Source of the DNA: Perna viridis
Lineage: Eukaryota
Direction: 5' to 3'
Assembly: GCA_037379345.1 (NCBI GenBank)
Contig: CM074511.1
Coordinates: 66,718,862-66,782,861, forward strand
Length of the DNA stretch: 64,000 bases
The position numbers were made by a program, and so were the translations under genes. Below the pieces are notes generated by a model. The model was given only the letters and a program-made list of their open reading frames with translations. It was not told the DNA's origin and searched no databases. Shown piece by piece: positions 27,535 to 39,753 of the stretch; positions within the stretch are counted from its first letter, which is position 1; the number at the start of each line of letters is the position of its first letter.

Positions 27535-27912
27535 GGAGTAATCAAAGGGAACCAAGATTCTAGCAAGAATGTAATCCAGGGACAAAAAAACAGTCATGGA
27601 AAAAAACAAACACAACAAAGAACATGAAGTAACAAATGATACTTACAAAGTAATAAAAGTAAATGAGCAACTTGGACTGCACTAAAAACTGGGAATGTGG
27701 ACCAGGTGCACCGGTAGTTTAAGCGTCCTCTGCCTTTCAGGAAACACCCACAGAGCTGCTCATAAAAAGTCAAGTCCGGGTTAGACGAAAGAGGGAAGGA
27801 AAAATATGACACGTTGAACAAATCAGTTTTCATGGAGCAGATGGATACACCGTAACGATCCACGAGTTCATGATGACGACCATGTAACTTCTGTAGTGAT
27901 GACTTCAATCTT
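27535..27912 (-). mobile_element. Penelope-like element 3' part (family A)
   Basis: KSSLQKLHGRHHELVDRYGVSICSMKTDLFNVS plus the UTR to the terminus. Confidence 0.9.
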
Positions 27913-27989
27913 GTTTCATTGGTTTCCTTGTTATATTTAATGTTATCCTTAATAAATTTCCCAGGCCTGTTAAAAATTGCAATCAGCTC

Positions 27990-28450
27990 TTTTGGTTAGT
28001 TAACCTACAAGCACCATTCTTCACAGTATTTAGAAAGCTTTTTTGTAGAACAGACCTTTCAGCTGAAAAAACAATGTTGTCAGTATACATAAGTCTTTTT
28101 TACGACTGATAAGGTTACCAGGGTCGGGGATGTTTTCAAAGATATTTGGCAGGTCATTTATAAAAATCTTGAACAAATTAGGCTTACAACATATCCCTGC
28201 CTTACACCAGCAGAGATCTAAATAGAGGAGTAATATAATGCCCTATTTCAATCAGGGATTTAACTACAAAAATTTGATCAGATGTTCTACAGTATTTTTG
28301 GAAAATCCAATTTGGCAATTGTTTATAATCTCATGCTTCTCTAAATATTTATCGAATCTATGGCTCAAAATGGTATTGAAAAATTGCCCCATGCTTTAAA
28401 TTAAAGCAATGCCTCTATAATTTCCAGACATTAAAGGGTCCTTTGATTTA
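27990..28450 (-). mobile_element. Decayed LINE (L2/CR1-group-like) reverse transcriptase fragment
   Basis: The minus strand gives GNYRGIAL, KYLEKHEIINNCQIGF, SAGVRQG, NDLPNIF, MYTDNIV (YADD box relic) and KYCEEWCL, with stops and deletions. Confidence 0.7.
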
Positions 28451-30908
28451 AGTATTTTAACTTTTATTTTAGCTTTCAACTTCCGTACGATCAAGTTCAC
28501 AGAAAGAGGAGCTTTTTTATGTTTTTAACCAATTTATCAATTTGTGATATATATATATATATTTTTTCTGAGAGTTAAATAACCAAACCTTTCAACTGGT
28601 TCAATTACACTTTCTGTACCAACTGTTAAAATATTTGACAGACATAACACATTTTATCAATATTGAAACTTTATTCGTCAATATGCAACCCCTTTTTCAT
28701 CATAATTTCGCCCTGACAAGATTTATAATATGACAGTTTTCAAAACACCTTAAATCATTGAAAGCACGTTTATCATTCTTAAGAAATCATTTTAGTTTTA
28801 GCTCTATCTTATGTTATAGCAAATATGTATCGAAATAACTTACAGACCAACACCACATTTTCATTTTCACTTACATGTACATGTTAGTAATAGGGATTCA
28901 GATTTTTTCTTTTATTTAATGACCCCTCACTGGACATAAACTTTAAAAAAAGTCTGTAGATAAAAATATTTGATAATGCTCTGGGACACAATGAAATAAT
29001 CTTGAAGTATTTGAGTGTAAGTGCTTGTAAGAATCAGGCAAAATTAGACAAATAAAAAACATGCATGTTAAAACTCCACCGATCTGACAATATTATTTCA
29101 CTCAAGGATGCTTTATTTATTTGAATTTTCAGTGCATTTTAATGAAATTCTAACTCAATGGTCCAGCATGGTATGGAAAATCTGGTTTATTTTCCTTAAT
29201 TACGATGGCCAAATTACACTTTCACGTTTGTCTTACCATGTTTCACCTACTGCCTGATTCTTACGCACAGGGACTGACACTTAATGTAAATGTCATATCA
29301 CGCCTGCACTTGATTGATTGATATATCTTTATTTCCTCCATTTTTAGAGATTTGGTATTCATTAAACATTTAATACAAACAGACGTTTAAACACTACAAT
29401 ACATACACGGGAATCAGTCCCCGGGTGAATACCGTTGCTACAGATGAGAGGTTTATCGTCATACGCTTTAGAAACAACTAAGTTGATTGAACAATATATT
29501 TATATATTCGAATGAAATTGAAAAAAAAAACATAAATTACTGTACTGCTATATCTCTCACTGAATCAGACTTTCTAATAGTTTGATAGGTTGTATGCTGC
29601 AAGTTGATAAAACGCATGTATTATGCATTTTTTATGATATTACACTTAAATTGCTCGTTTTTAGACTCATTTTTTAATATTTAAGTTTACATATTCTAGC
29701 ACAAATTCTGAAAAAAATGTATCAATCATCAATAATAGTTTGCTACAAGAAAATAAAGTGGTGTAGCACCGGGTACATTACAATCTTATTAATAAAGGCT
29801 ACAACTCTTGCTACTAATTTGTCATTTATAATGACGTGGCGCTCTCATGAAAAGAAGCCCCCACTCTTCTTTGTGATTGATATTTTGTTTCATTTATCAA
29901 CCATATTTGCGATATGCACCGTATTGGTAGCAACGAATTTACTGGAGTACAGTTTGTTTGTGATTTCCCATGGTTTTCAAAATAATAAACTTAATACCGA
30001 GCATATATAACGGGCGCTCCAGGGGTTCAATGCTATTACTTGTTCAATATTTCGCCAAATTCTATACAAACCTACAAACAAAAGGCTGACTCAACCCCTA
30101 AAACCGTCCTGATGTATCCGTCACTGTTTCGTGCATTTTAGAATAGCAGTATTCGTAAAAAATGGAACCTTTCTTTGCAATAATCCGTCATGTAAAAAGG
30201 GTATGTTCTAAAACTGACAAGTAGGTGAAAACAAAATATATACTGATCGTAATCTTTTCAGATTTTTTTTGTACGGTTATTGCCTGATGACAATGAAAGG
30301 AGGTGAAAAATAAAAATAGAACTTTGCTTAGACGGTCACATATAGTAATCTGCAATTTTCCTCTGGTATGTTGTAAGTCTGCGGTCTAGTGTCATTGCTA
30401 TTTGTAATAATTATTCTATTTGGATATTTTGCCATGTTTGAAGAAATATTTTATTTCAAAACTATTTGTATCTAGGATTTTATAGGATAATAAAGCTGTA
30501 GGCGTGCAGGGGACTTAAAAATGCACAGATAGTGTTTCCTTTATCAGACCTTATTGTTTAAATCATTCTCTAAGACTTCGGCAATAACGCTAATGTACGT
30601 ATCTCTGGAACTAGGTGCCCAGAAACAAAGCGCTTTTACTGGACACAAAGGTGCCGCCCTAGAATTTCCTAAGCTGAATTTCGACTTATATGCCAACAAG
30701 TAGTTTGTAGTTCAGTTATGCAGGATGGGGAGAGTTTTGCGATAATTCTTCTAGGTTTCCCATTTAACCCTATAAAAATCTGAATATTACGAAAACTGGC
30801 GCACTGCTACGATGCAACGTGAATTTTTGTTTGATATTTTCAAGGTAAATAGAATGTCATTCGCACGGAGCCCTTTTGGTCGCACAGAGATAAGAGATTG
30901 TAATTTAA

Positions 30909-31046
30909 AAAGTCCAGCGCTGTAGATTCAAAGTCCAGCGCTGTAGATTTAAAGTCCAGCGCTGTAGATTCAAAGTCCAGCGCTGTAGATTCAAAGTGTA
31001 ATATAGAGATAAAAAACGCTGTACACATAGATTAAAAATCCAGCAC
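30909..31046. repeat. 21-bp subterminal repeats (aaagtccagcgctgtagattc) of the family 2 transposon
   Basis: Four near-perfect copies plus degenerate ones; fewer copies in the right arm (38530-38605). Confidence 0.9.
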
Positions 31047-31152
31047 TTGTTGATACATAGTCAAATGTTCAAGGAAATTTAACGCTAAAATTCGTGATAA
31101 GCATTAAACGTATTGCTCCTCATATAACTTCTTCACTTTTACATGTATAGAA

Positions 31153-33409
31153 ATGGATGCAATGCAAGAAAGGAATCAGCTTATTTTTGTTTATTTTCAT
31201 CTTGGTCTTAACTACAAGGAAATAGTGGAAATCTTACACGAGAAACATGAAATTTCCATATCTTTGTGTCACCTTAAAAGACTGTTGGCTAGTTTTAGAT
31301 TATTCAGAAGAAAAAATTTCTCCGATATACTAGATGTAGCTATGTTTATTCACATTTAATGCGTGTTTTAAATCCTGATGGTGTCTGTAACAGATTGAAA
31401 CGAAGGCTCAAACGACGGGATTATAATGGACAAGGTCCAAATTTCATATGGCATCTGGACTCTTATGATAAGTTGAAGCCCTTTGGATTTTGTATAAATG
31501 GGTGTATTGACGGTTATTCAAGGTATATTATTTGGCTTCATGTTGGCAGAACAAGCAGCGACCCTCGAGTAATTGCGGGATATTACATAAAAGCAGTAAT
31601 AGAAAATAATAGAGTGCCGTTGAGAATGCGTGGTGACTAGGGGACCGAAAACATACACACGGCTGAGATGCAATCATTTTTTCATCGAAATGACCACCGG
31701 AATTCGTTCATATATGGTAGTAGCCAATATAACCTGCGTATCGAAAGTTGGTTGAGTTTACTTCGAAAGGAAGATACGGATTACTGGATCTCACTCTTTC
31801 AAACTTTTAAGAAAGATGGCTTTTACACAGGGGATTTCATCGACAAAAACCTTCTCCAGTTTTGTTTCATGCATCTTTTAAAGGTATGAAAATTGTGGAA
31901 AAAGATAATAAGAATTACTTTTCCATTTGATGCTATGTTTATGTCTTATAGGAAAAATAGCTATAACATTTTCTTTATTATTTGTTGTCATTGCATTGGT
32001 CGTTCCCTATGGACTAATCGTGTCATTGCATTGGTCGTTCCCTATGGACTAATCGTGTCATTGCATTGGTCGTTCCTTGAGGACTAATCGCTCTCTCTCT
32101 CTGTCTTTCTTTGAGTAATACCAGTGCTTTCATTATTGAATGTTTTACATGTATTAGGAAGGTTAACCATAATTGTGTCTGGGGTATGGGAGTATGGTCA
32201 CTGAATTTCTTCAACCGGCAGTACTAATCCTTGCTCGAAGGGGTGTATATTGATGTGCAGGATAAGCAAATTTACAAACTAATGTCAACATAGTGTCACA
32301 CTTAAATTGGCATCAGATGTCGGCAAAAGTATGTACCTCTAGTACAGCCCGGGGTCGTCTGTTTTGCCGGCATGGGCATTCGTGTCGTCCCGACACATCC
32401 AATTAAGTCGCCCAAAATAAGTTTGGGAGACTTNNNNNNNNNNNNNNNNNNNNNNNNNNNNNNNNNNNNNNNNNNNNNNNNNNNNNNNNNNNNNNNNNNN
32501 NNNNNNNNNNNNNNNNNNNNNNNNNNNNNNNNNNNNNNNNNNNNNNNNNNNNNNNNNNNNNNNNNNNNNNNNNNNNNNNNNTTTCCGCCAGATTTCTCGT
32601 ACACTGAGATTCCAAAAGTCATGAAACTTCATAGGAAGGTTGGTGCCTGGGCACCATGAATAGGGGTGCATCCAAATAATGGAATTCTGGTTGCCATGGA
32701 AACGGTGCAAAAATATCAAAAAACTGAAATTGGTCAATTTTTTTCCAAAGGCTACCAAACTTTATAGGAAGGTTGAGGACCAAAAATATTGGTACCATCA
32801 AGTAATGGAATTCTGGTTGCCATGGAAACAGGGTCCAACAGGGGGTTTGGGCGACTTTGAATTGGCATTTAAACACAGTATTACTATTTTAGAATTACTA
32901 CTATACGTTTTTTTTAATGCGCTCTCTTGAGACTTCCCCCTTTTTTCATATTTTTGTCTTGTTCATTTATGCAGGTATAGCCTACGTGTACTTGCATACA
33001 ATACACAGAAAATTGGATAGATACCTGCTACTGTTAGAAAGTGGAATTTCGTTGTTTTATAGCAGGAAAATTTTTACGCAATTGAAAAATGTGTTCTTTT
33101 ATTCTACAGATTGAACTGCAGGATGTGGTAGACACCTGGAACCATCACAGACTTTGGCCATGTAAGAACGAAGGAAATGTACCTGGACGTCCAGTAATGC
33201 TCTGCAATTGTCCTAGAATTGGAGATACTGTTGATTTTTTATGTCCTGTTAGACAAGACGATATCGAGGCGTGTATGGAGGAGTGTATTTTTTCAGAAGA
33301 CATTTGTGACAAAGACGTTTTTGATCTTGCTTGCATTTTAATGCGAGAAAATCGTCTGCATCAACCAGCAGACCCATATGCTGCCACTAACTTGTATATG
33401 CAGCTATGA
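31153..33409 (+). pseudogene. Two-exon DDE transposase (HTH N-terminus plus integrase core), inactivated; exons 31153-31883 and 33110-33409
   Basis: GPNFIWHLDSYDKLKPFGFCINGCIDGYSR, PLRMRGD*GTEN (in-frame TAG at 31638) and YGSSQYNLRIESW. A phase-0 GT-AG intron (31884-33109) joins HLLK to IELQDVVDTWNHHRL. There is a deletion/frameshift near 31354. Confidence 0.88.
32434..32581. other. Assembly gap inside a repetitive insertion (about 32220-32880) in the transposase intron
   Basis: Run of N flanked by aagtcgcccaaa/tttgggcgactt inverted motifs and repeated gttgccatgga units. Confidence 0.9.
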
Positions 33410-34639
33410 AATATTTTCCGTGTGCAGTTGTTGGATCCACAATTTCACTGACAATAAATTATATACAGTACTGTTCGAACAACAATAAAAAAAACTTAAA
33501 ATCGTTTTTACTAATATACGATGTATAAAAAGGAAGGTTAGACTGTCCGACAAAATATTAATTTACAATTTGATAGAACAATCTGCATTGTTTCTTGCCT
33601 TTTTAAGTTGATAATATCATGACCTGTTTCCGTCCTAACAGAATGTTGTAAATGCAGAAAATTCTGTACTGTGTTTTTATTGCATAATATACCTTGTGGA
33701 GGTACAATGCAGTGTGTGTTAGCTGAATTTGAATTGCAGAAATACTCTCAACTTTATTCTACTCTCAGAGCATATAAAGGTCTCCTTCGGTAGACTTCCT
33801 TTTACACTGTCATTTGCTACGTTAATATTTGTCAATTTCTTGGGTTGTACATATGTTTAACAAAAAAAATAAATACAAACTTTTCAGATTATTTTCAGTT
33901 TCATATTTTGGTTGATAATAGGTCTCTTGCAAAGAAATGATATGTCATAGAAAATAAAAAGGACAATATTCCAAATTTTGTTGAATTCTGTATACTTTGT
34001 ATGTATATACGCCTTGACTCAATAATTTTTATGGATCTTTACAAAATTTTGTTCAATGATAATACTTGATAAGATCTAGTCATAAAAGCTTCTTGGCAGC
34101 CTAGCATCGACAATTATCAATGGATCCTTTACAAAATTAGTACAATGGTAGTATTTATTTTCAAGGTCATGACAGGTAGTTTAAGGTCGTGGTGTGACTT
34201 TCTTGTTTTTTTTGTTTTTTTTTTTGTAGTCATAAAAGTTTGTTGGCAGCCTAGACTCAACATTCATTTGTGGGTCTAAATTGTAAAATGACAGTACTTC
34301 AGTAAGAGCTCGAATCATACTAATTTTCAAAATCGTATGATGAAGTTCAAGGTCATGGTTAGACATGATTGTTTTTTTTTAATCATGAAAGCTTGTGGTC
34401 AGCCTCGACTAAGCATTATCAATGGAACTTTACCCAATTTAGTACTGAATAAATCTGGAACCCTACTGATATGCAAAGGCATGACTAGACTTTTCCTTCA
34501 TATACACAACTTTGTGGAGTGCATGGACTTAACATTTGATTAAACTTGTTATAAAGGTATTACATGAGTGTTTTTTTTTCTTTTTTTTCTTTGTTTTTGG
34601 TTTTATTTGGATTTATTTTAAATGACATAAAGCAATGCA

Positions 34640-35132
34640 TGTCAAAATCGAACTTGACCTTCATTTTATATTATGAAACAATATGTTAAAATTTGAGAAA
34701 CCTCTGTAAAAACATTTTCTTTTAATCATATGGAAACGAAATAAACATGCTTTTTCAAACGATCATGGGCAAATAACTCTTTAACGACATTGGCAATTTA
34801 GGTCAAAATCGACTTGACCTTCATTTTATATGATGAAACAACAAATTAAAATTTGAGAAAGCTATGTTAAAGCGTTTTCTTTTAATCCTTTGGAAACTAA
34901 GTAAACATGCTTTTTCAAATGATTAAGGGCAAATAACTCTTGAACGGCAAAAGCAATTTATGTCAAAATCGAACTTGACCTTCATTTTGTATTATGAAGC
35001 AACATATTAAATTTGAGAAAGCTATGTTAAAGCGTTTTCTCTTAATCATCTGGAAACGAAAAGTGTGACGGACAGACGGACGGACGTGTGGATCACAACA
35101 TACCACCTCCCTCTAGGGGAAGGGGTATAAAA
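34640..35132 (-). mobile_element. Helentron-associated (HINE/pearl-like) element with internal satellite repeats of about 161 bp
   Basis: Three units start with gtcaaaatcg (about 34641, 34802, 34963), followed by a gacggacagacggacggac microsatellite and a ggggtataaaa end. Confidence 0.7.
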
Positions 35133-35199
35133 AGCAACGGAAGGGATATACGTCCAAATAATAAACACCCTGGCCACGGGCAAATTTATGACTAGGACC

Positions 35200-35365
35200 A
35201 AATGACTAGCATAAATCATGACAAAAGCACAACGCTGCAAACTAAAGCCTGAGTCATAATAAGACATGCATACCCTAGAAAACCGTATTGATTTGGAAAT
35301 GTAGACTTCATAAGCAAATTCACCAATAATGTTGCTACTCAAGAACGGAAAGTTCACAATTGGAA
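35200..35365 (-). mobile_element. Penelope-like RT fragment of a second family
   Basis: PIVNFPFLSSNIIGEFAYEVYISKSIRFSRVCMSYYD. Confidence 0.75.
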
Positions 35366-35413
35366 AAAAATTAGGACTTCACTAAATTTGACAATTTACT
35401 GGCTTTGACCTCT

Positions 35414-35512
35414 GGGCAGTATGACCGGTGTCGTATGCGAAACTGAGGATACCCTTACCCTTCCGGAGCACCTGGTATCGCTCCCGGTTTTTCATTGGAG
35501 TTTTTATTGCCT
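35414..35512 (+). mobile_element. Penelope-like 3' UTR structured module (family B), back-to-back with the RT fragment
   Basis: Core cttacccttccggagcacctg with flanking complementary arms. Confidence 0.7.
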
Positions 35513-37757
35513 AAAGCTTTATTTTTTGTAAAATAAGGGTAAAATGGAATATATGCCGGAAAGACGGCAAGTCACATCTTTAATAGGTTACAAATTTACT
35601 TTATGAATTCAATTGCATGTGAAGTACTTTTCTGGATTGACCGTCGTCAGACATATTTACTGTTTGTGGTGTATCTTTTGTTTGTAAGTGGGACTGTCGT
35701 TTACTTTTTTCGATGTTCATTGTTCGTGGCGTTTTTCTTCTTGTCGGCATGTCTTTGTTTGTTTGCCTCATCCCTGTACAGTTCTTTCCAGTGCGATTCA
35801 CGAATTTGCCTTTGGTAAAATTAGTTTGGTATCTTCTACACTATATTACCTCGCCAAAAATAAATGGTTCAGCTCACTGGTCCGGTCAGTACAGAAAATA
35901 TTCTCAATTTGATTACGCATATATTTTTTCTAAAGTTAAATTCAGGATAGCCGACTAGTCAAAACAGTTCACGTATTGCTTTTTTTTCTCTGACAAAATA
36001 AGTAAATTGTGGTCTTTAAGTCGGCGGTATGAATGAATACGCATTATTATATTTATAGGAATAAATCTAAGTGTTTATTTTATATTTATCAACTGTAATT
36101 ATCGAGGAACAATTAGTTCATTTAATTCACGATTTATTATCGTTGTTAGTAACAAAAACAAGAAAAACTGTGTCCATTGACTCGAATAATTCAAGCTCTT
36201 TCCGTCTTCATTGGATTGATCGTATTTGAGCGCAATATAATGACTGGATTATGCGGTCTATGCATTCTTAGGGCGTATGTCCCCGCCTCACAGAACGTCG
36301 ATGCTGCGTCACTTTAAGGATAAAGCTGCATAATAAATTTCAAAATATTCCAATAAATGGTTTCAAATTTAGTTGTGTTTGGGCATGTAAATACTCTAAG
36401 TAAAAGTCCTAAACAGGAAGCTGATGCACAACTACATTTTTAGAGTTTATAGTAGCGGTTTTTAGGGATATTTGTGCGTAAAAGAGTAATTATCCAAGGT
36501 TAAGTCCGAAAATTGTTCGTGAAACGTTCACATCGCATAATTCTCTTATACATTTGGCTTTTGAATCAAAATTTTTCAGATTTGATGAAAGGTTTATATA
36601 TCTGTCATAATGGTATTTATTGATAAAATGAATACCGTAAAATGAAACCCATTTTACTTCTGTGACTTCTTGTAAAACGGAAAGGTGCAACCCTACCCAC
36701 TATTCTAAAATTAACGTTTGAAAGAAAAAAAATAGAGTTTTCGACCAAAAAGGTATTTTCATATTTGTTTTTACACATAAGCCACAAAAAGGATATATTT
36801 CAATTACATGCCAAGAATTTGTAATTTTGTAAATTTACATTGAAAAAATTAGATTTAAAAAAAAGCGTAACCTTGTCCATTAATGATTATGTTCAGTTTT
36901 TTAAGTGCGTTAATGAGTAGCCAAACATTTTCGTCCTGTTATTGTTTAATACAATATTTTTCATTGGCAGTGATCAAAATGGTATGTAAGATAATGAGTC
37001 AACGTTTGAGCATTGCATGATTTAAAAAATAACCATCTGAAGCATTCAAGATTAAGGTTTATTTCCTCTATCTGTATACGTATAATGACAGTTTAATTTG
37101 GTAAGTGATCGAGTATTTAGGAGTATGTGTTTGACACATGAAGACTGGCACTGACATCATTGAGTTTATTCAGGTTTGGTTCATTCCCCAGTTCATAAAT
37201 ACACGATATATTATTTTTTAAAAATATGTTGGTGTGCTGCAGGGAATACACGTATGCCTTAGTGAATCTGAAGTACTTCATGTGCATGTCGTGCGTCCTT
37301 GACCGTAAATGAACAATAATTTTCATTCAATTTTTTGAAAATTATTTCATATTTTTGTTGGACCAGAGAAAGAATTCGTATTAAACATAGCATGATTAAT
37401 ATATTTTGTTACATTTGTTTGGTCGCAGTTTGTTGATTTCTTCCCTATAATTCATGTACACCGACAGACTTTCAGTACATAGTGTGAGTACCTCGGGACA
37501 GGTGTTGTGTATCGAGAAAAAATATTTAATAATGTAAAATCGGCTATTTTCTGCCTATAGTTACATTAATGAAAAGATGTCATTTCTTTAAGCTCATTCA
37601 AACTGTAGTTTTAGTTATAATAGAAAAGCTTAAGTATCAAAGGCAAATTATAAACTGTACATGAAAATACGAAGTGAAAACAGTCAGCGAGTTACAAATC
37701 CCTTTCCGTACATGGCATTAACTGTGTTCTCCTTGACGACGCTTTTCAAATTAGTCG

Positions 37758-38120
37758 CCCGATCGCGAGGTCAGCGTGCTAGCCTCGAATGCGGAAGGTC
37801 GTGGGTTCGGTCCAAGGCCTTGCTAAACCGAAGACTGTAAAATTTGTACATGCTGCTTCTCCGCCATGGGCTTGGCATTAAAGAGTAAGAGCAAAGGCTG
37901 TTTGTTTCGGAGTCAGAATAATGTGTCCGAGTAAGGTAGTATGTCTTCCTGCCGACTACTACTTAGTATCTTATGAGTTAGCATGTTAAATATCGGACTC
38001 AGCGTATCGGTTTAGTACAAAGCAGGGTTTAATAATCAATTATTAACATGCAGTCGTCCTGAATATGCATATAAATTGGCCGCTGGACGGTAAGCTACAA
38101 GTAGTCACTGACTCACTAAT
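37758..38120 (+). mobile_element. tRNA-derived SINE (Meta/MESC-domain-like) nested in the family 2 transposon
   Basis: tRNA-like head with B-box-like gggttcggtcc, central gactgtaaaatttgtacatgctgcttctccgcc...gcattaaagag, (cact)n-like tail, and 8-bp TSD attagtcg (37750-37757 and 38121-38128). Confidence 0.75.
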
Positions 38121-38428
38121 ATTAGTCGGACAATACAAAGAAAACCATGGCAGTTAATGTTTTGATGATATATCGAAATTGTGACTTTGTAAGCTTCTGA
38201 TATATAAGCAGACTTATTTACTTGATCGTGAATAAACATAGCTACATCTAGTATATCGGAGAAATTTTTTCTTCTGAATAATCTAAAACTAGCCAACAGT
38301 CTTTTAAGGTGACACAAAGATATGGAAATTCCATGTTTCTCGTGTAAGATTTCCACTATTTCCTTGTAGTTAAGACCAAGATGAAAATAAACAAAAATAA
38401 GCTGATTCCTTTCTTGCATTGCATCCAT
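38105..38428 (-). pseudogene. Truncated N-terminal (DNA-binding) part of the family 2 transposase in the right inverted arm
   Basis: The first 66 aa are nearly identical to 31153-31350. The frame continues HDQVNKS and then runs into unrelated sequence. Confidence 0.85.
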
Positions 38429-39087
38429 TTCTATACATGTAAAAGTGAAGAAGTTATATGAGGAGCAATACGTTTAATGCTTATCACGAATTCTAGCGTT
38501 AAATTTCCTCCAACGCTTGACTATGCATCAACAAGTGCTAGATTTTTAATCTACAGCGCTTTTTATCTCTATTATCAAACTTTGAACCTACAGCGCTGGA
38601 CTTTTTAAATTACAATCTCTTATCTCTGTAAGACCAACAGGGCTCCGTACATTCGTAATCAGAATGGTGAATATTAATCAAAGAATTTAATGTTAACAAT
38701 TTTTAACAACAAGCTTGACTTTATATTAGTTTGATATCGTCTCCGGTTCTTTCCTTTTATCTTATCCTATTTTTGCAATTTTAGGCGTAAAAATTCAAAC
38801 ATTCGATATAAATTGATTCAGTACATGAGTATTTTGATATATAACACTATATGACGCATTTATGACGCATTTATAAGGCAACAACGATTGTATGGGAGAT
38901 GTATTGCCACTCATTATGGACATCGTTATATTGAGCAACAAAACTCGAGAAGTCGTGTATGTGTTTTCAATTTTATAGAATATTTCTGCTTGTGTGTTTC
39001 GTTAGTATTGACATGCAAGTAACCAATGGTTGAACTCACAAACCTTTTTAACAAGAGAAACTAGTTTACACTTCAAGTGATGAAATA

Positions 39088-39542
39088 CACTCCTTGAAAC
39101 GTTCACGTTTTCCATCGTGCATCGTTTATCGTGCGTTTACACATCGTTTTGGGTGCGTTTTAAACACACGATAAACGCACGATAGAAGCGTTCGCCGATT
39201 TATTTTTGTACTTTGATTAATTATTTCCCAGATTCGGCTGTTTTTTCTTTGTGTTTTTTTTTCGTATTATTAATTTATATATTTCCATTATGTCTATTTT
39301 CTTTTCTTTCTTTCTTCATTATTTGTTAATATTATATTTAATCTTTCGTCTGTCGTGCGTTTAAACGCACGCAAGGAGCGTTCGTTTAACGTGCGTTTAA
39401 AAGTACGCTGGGAGCATCCGTTTGTCGTGAGTTTAAACGCACGATAGAAGCGTTCGTTTATCGTGCGTTTGGTGAGTGTTTACAAAATGTAGCATGCGTT
39501 TGGGTATCGTGCGTGCGGGAAACCTGAACGTCTCAAGGACTG
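39088..39542. mobile_element. Non-autonomous TIR element with CAC termini (EnSpm/CACTA-like)
   Basis: TIR cactccttgaaacgttcacgttttcc / gggaaacctgaacgtctcaaggactg and subterminal cgtgcgtttaaacgcacg palindromes. Relatives at 51737-52937 and 23174-23212. Confidence 0.75.
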
Positions 39543-39583
39543 TGACATCAAGCATTAGATCAAGCTTCAGAAGGTATAGAATT

Positions 39584-39753
39584 ACGACCCCAGCATGTAA
39601 CATGCCTAGGGGTACCCCATTCCACCACTTGGGGAACACAACCCAGCTTCTCTGTGGGCAAAGCGTCCTAGGCCCCGGCCAGGGTTCTGAGCACTATTTA
39701 GTCGCCTCTTACGACAAGCTTAGTGCTGCTGCGGGCCTATTCTTTTAACACCG
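39584..39753 (-). mobile_element. 5' head fragment of the structured-head SINE (divergent copy)
   Basis: The minus strand reads ggtgttaaaagaataggcccgcagcagcactaagcttgtcgtaagaggcgactaaatagtgct. A piece of the SINE 3' region abuts it at 39765-39800. Confidence 0.8.

Larger units (their letters stand above)
30864..38649 (+). mobile_element. IS3EU/IS481-like DDE transposon (family 2), 7.8 kb, long inverted ends, 6-bp TSD
   Basis: Termini CACGGAGCCC...GGGCTCCGTA. TSD cattcg at 30858-30863 and 38650-38655. 30864-31353 is inverted at 38228-38649. Confidence 0.9.

Noticed and set aside
35450-35476. Antisense caggtgctccggaagggtaag resembling SRP RNA helix 8
   Set aside because: The GNRA loop is not conserved in family A (GGTA), and wobble pairs favour the opposite strand.
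37758-37830. Functional tRNA gene
   Set aside because: Degenerate cloverleaf followed by a SINE body, tail and TSD, so it is a SINE head.
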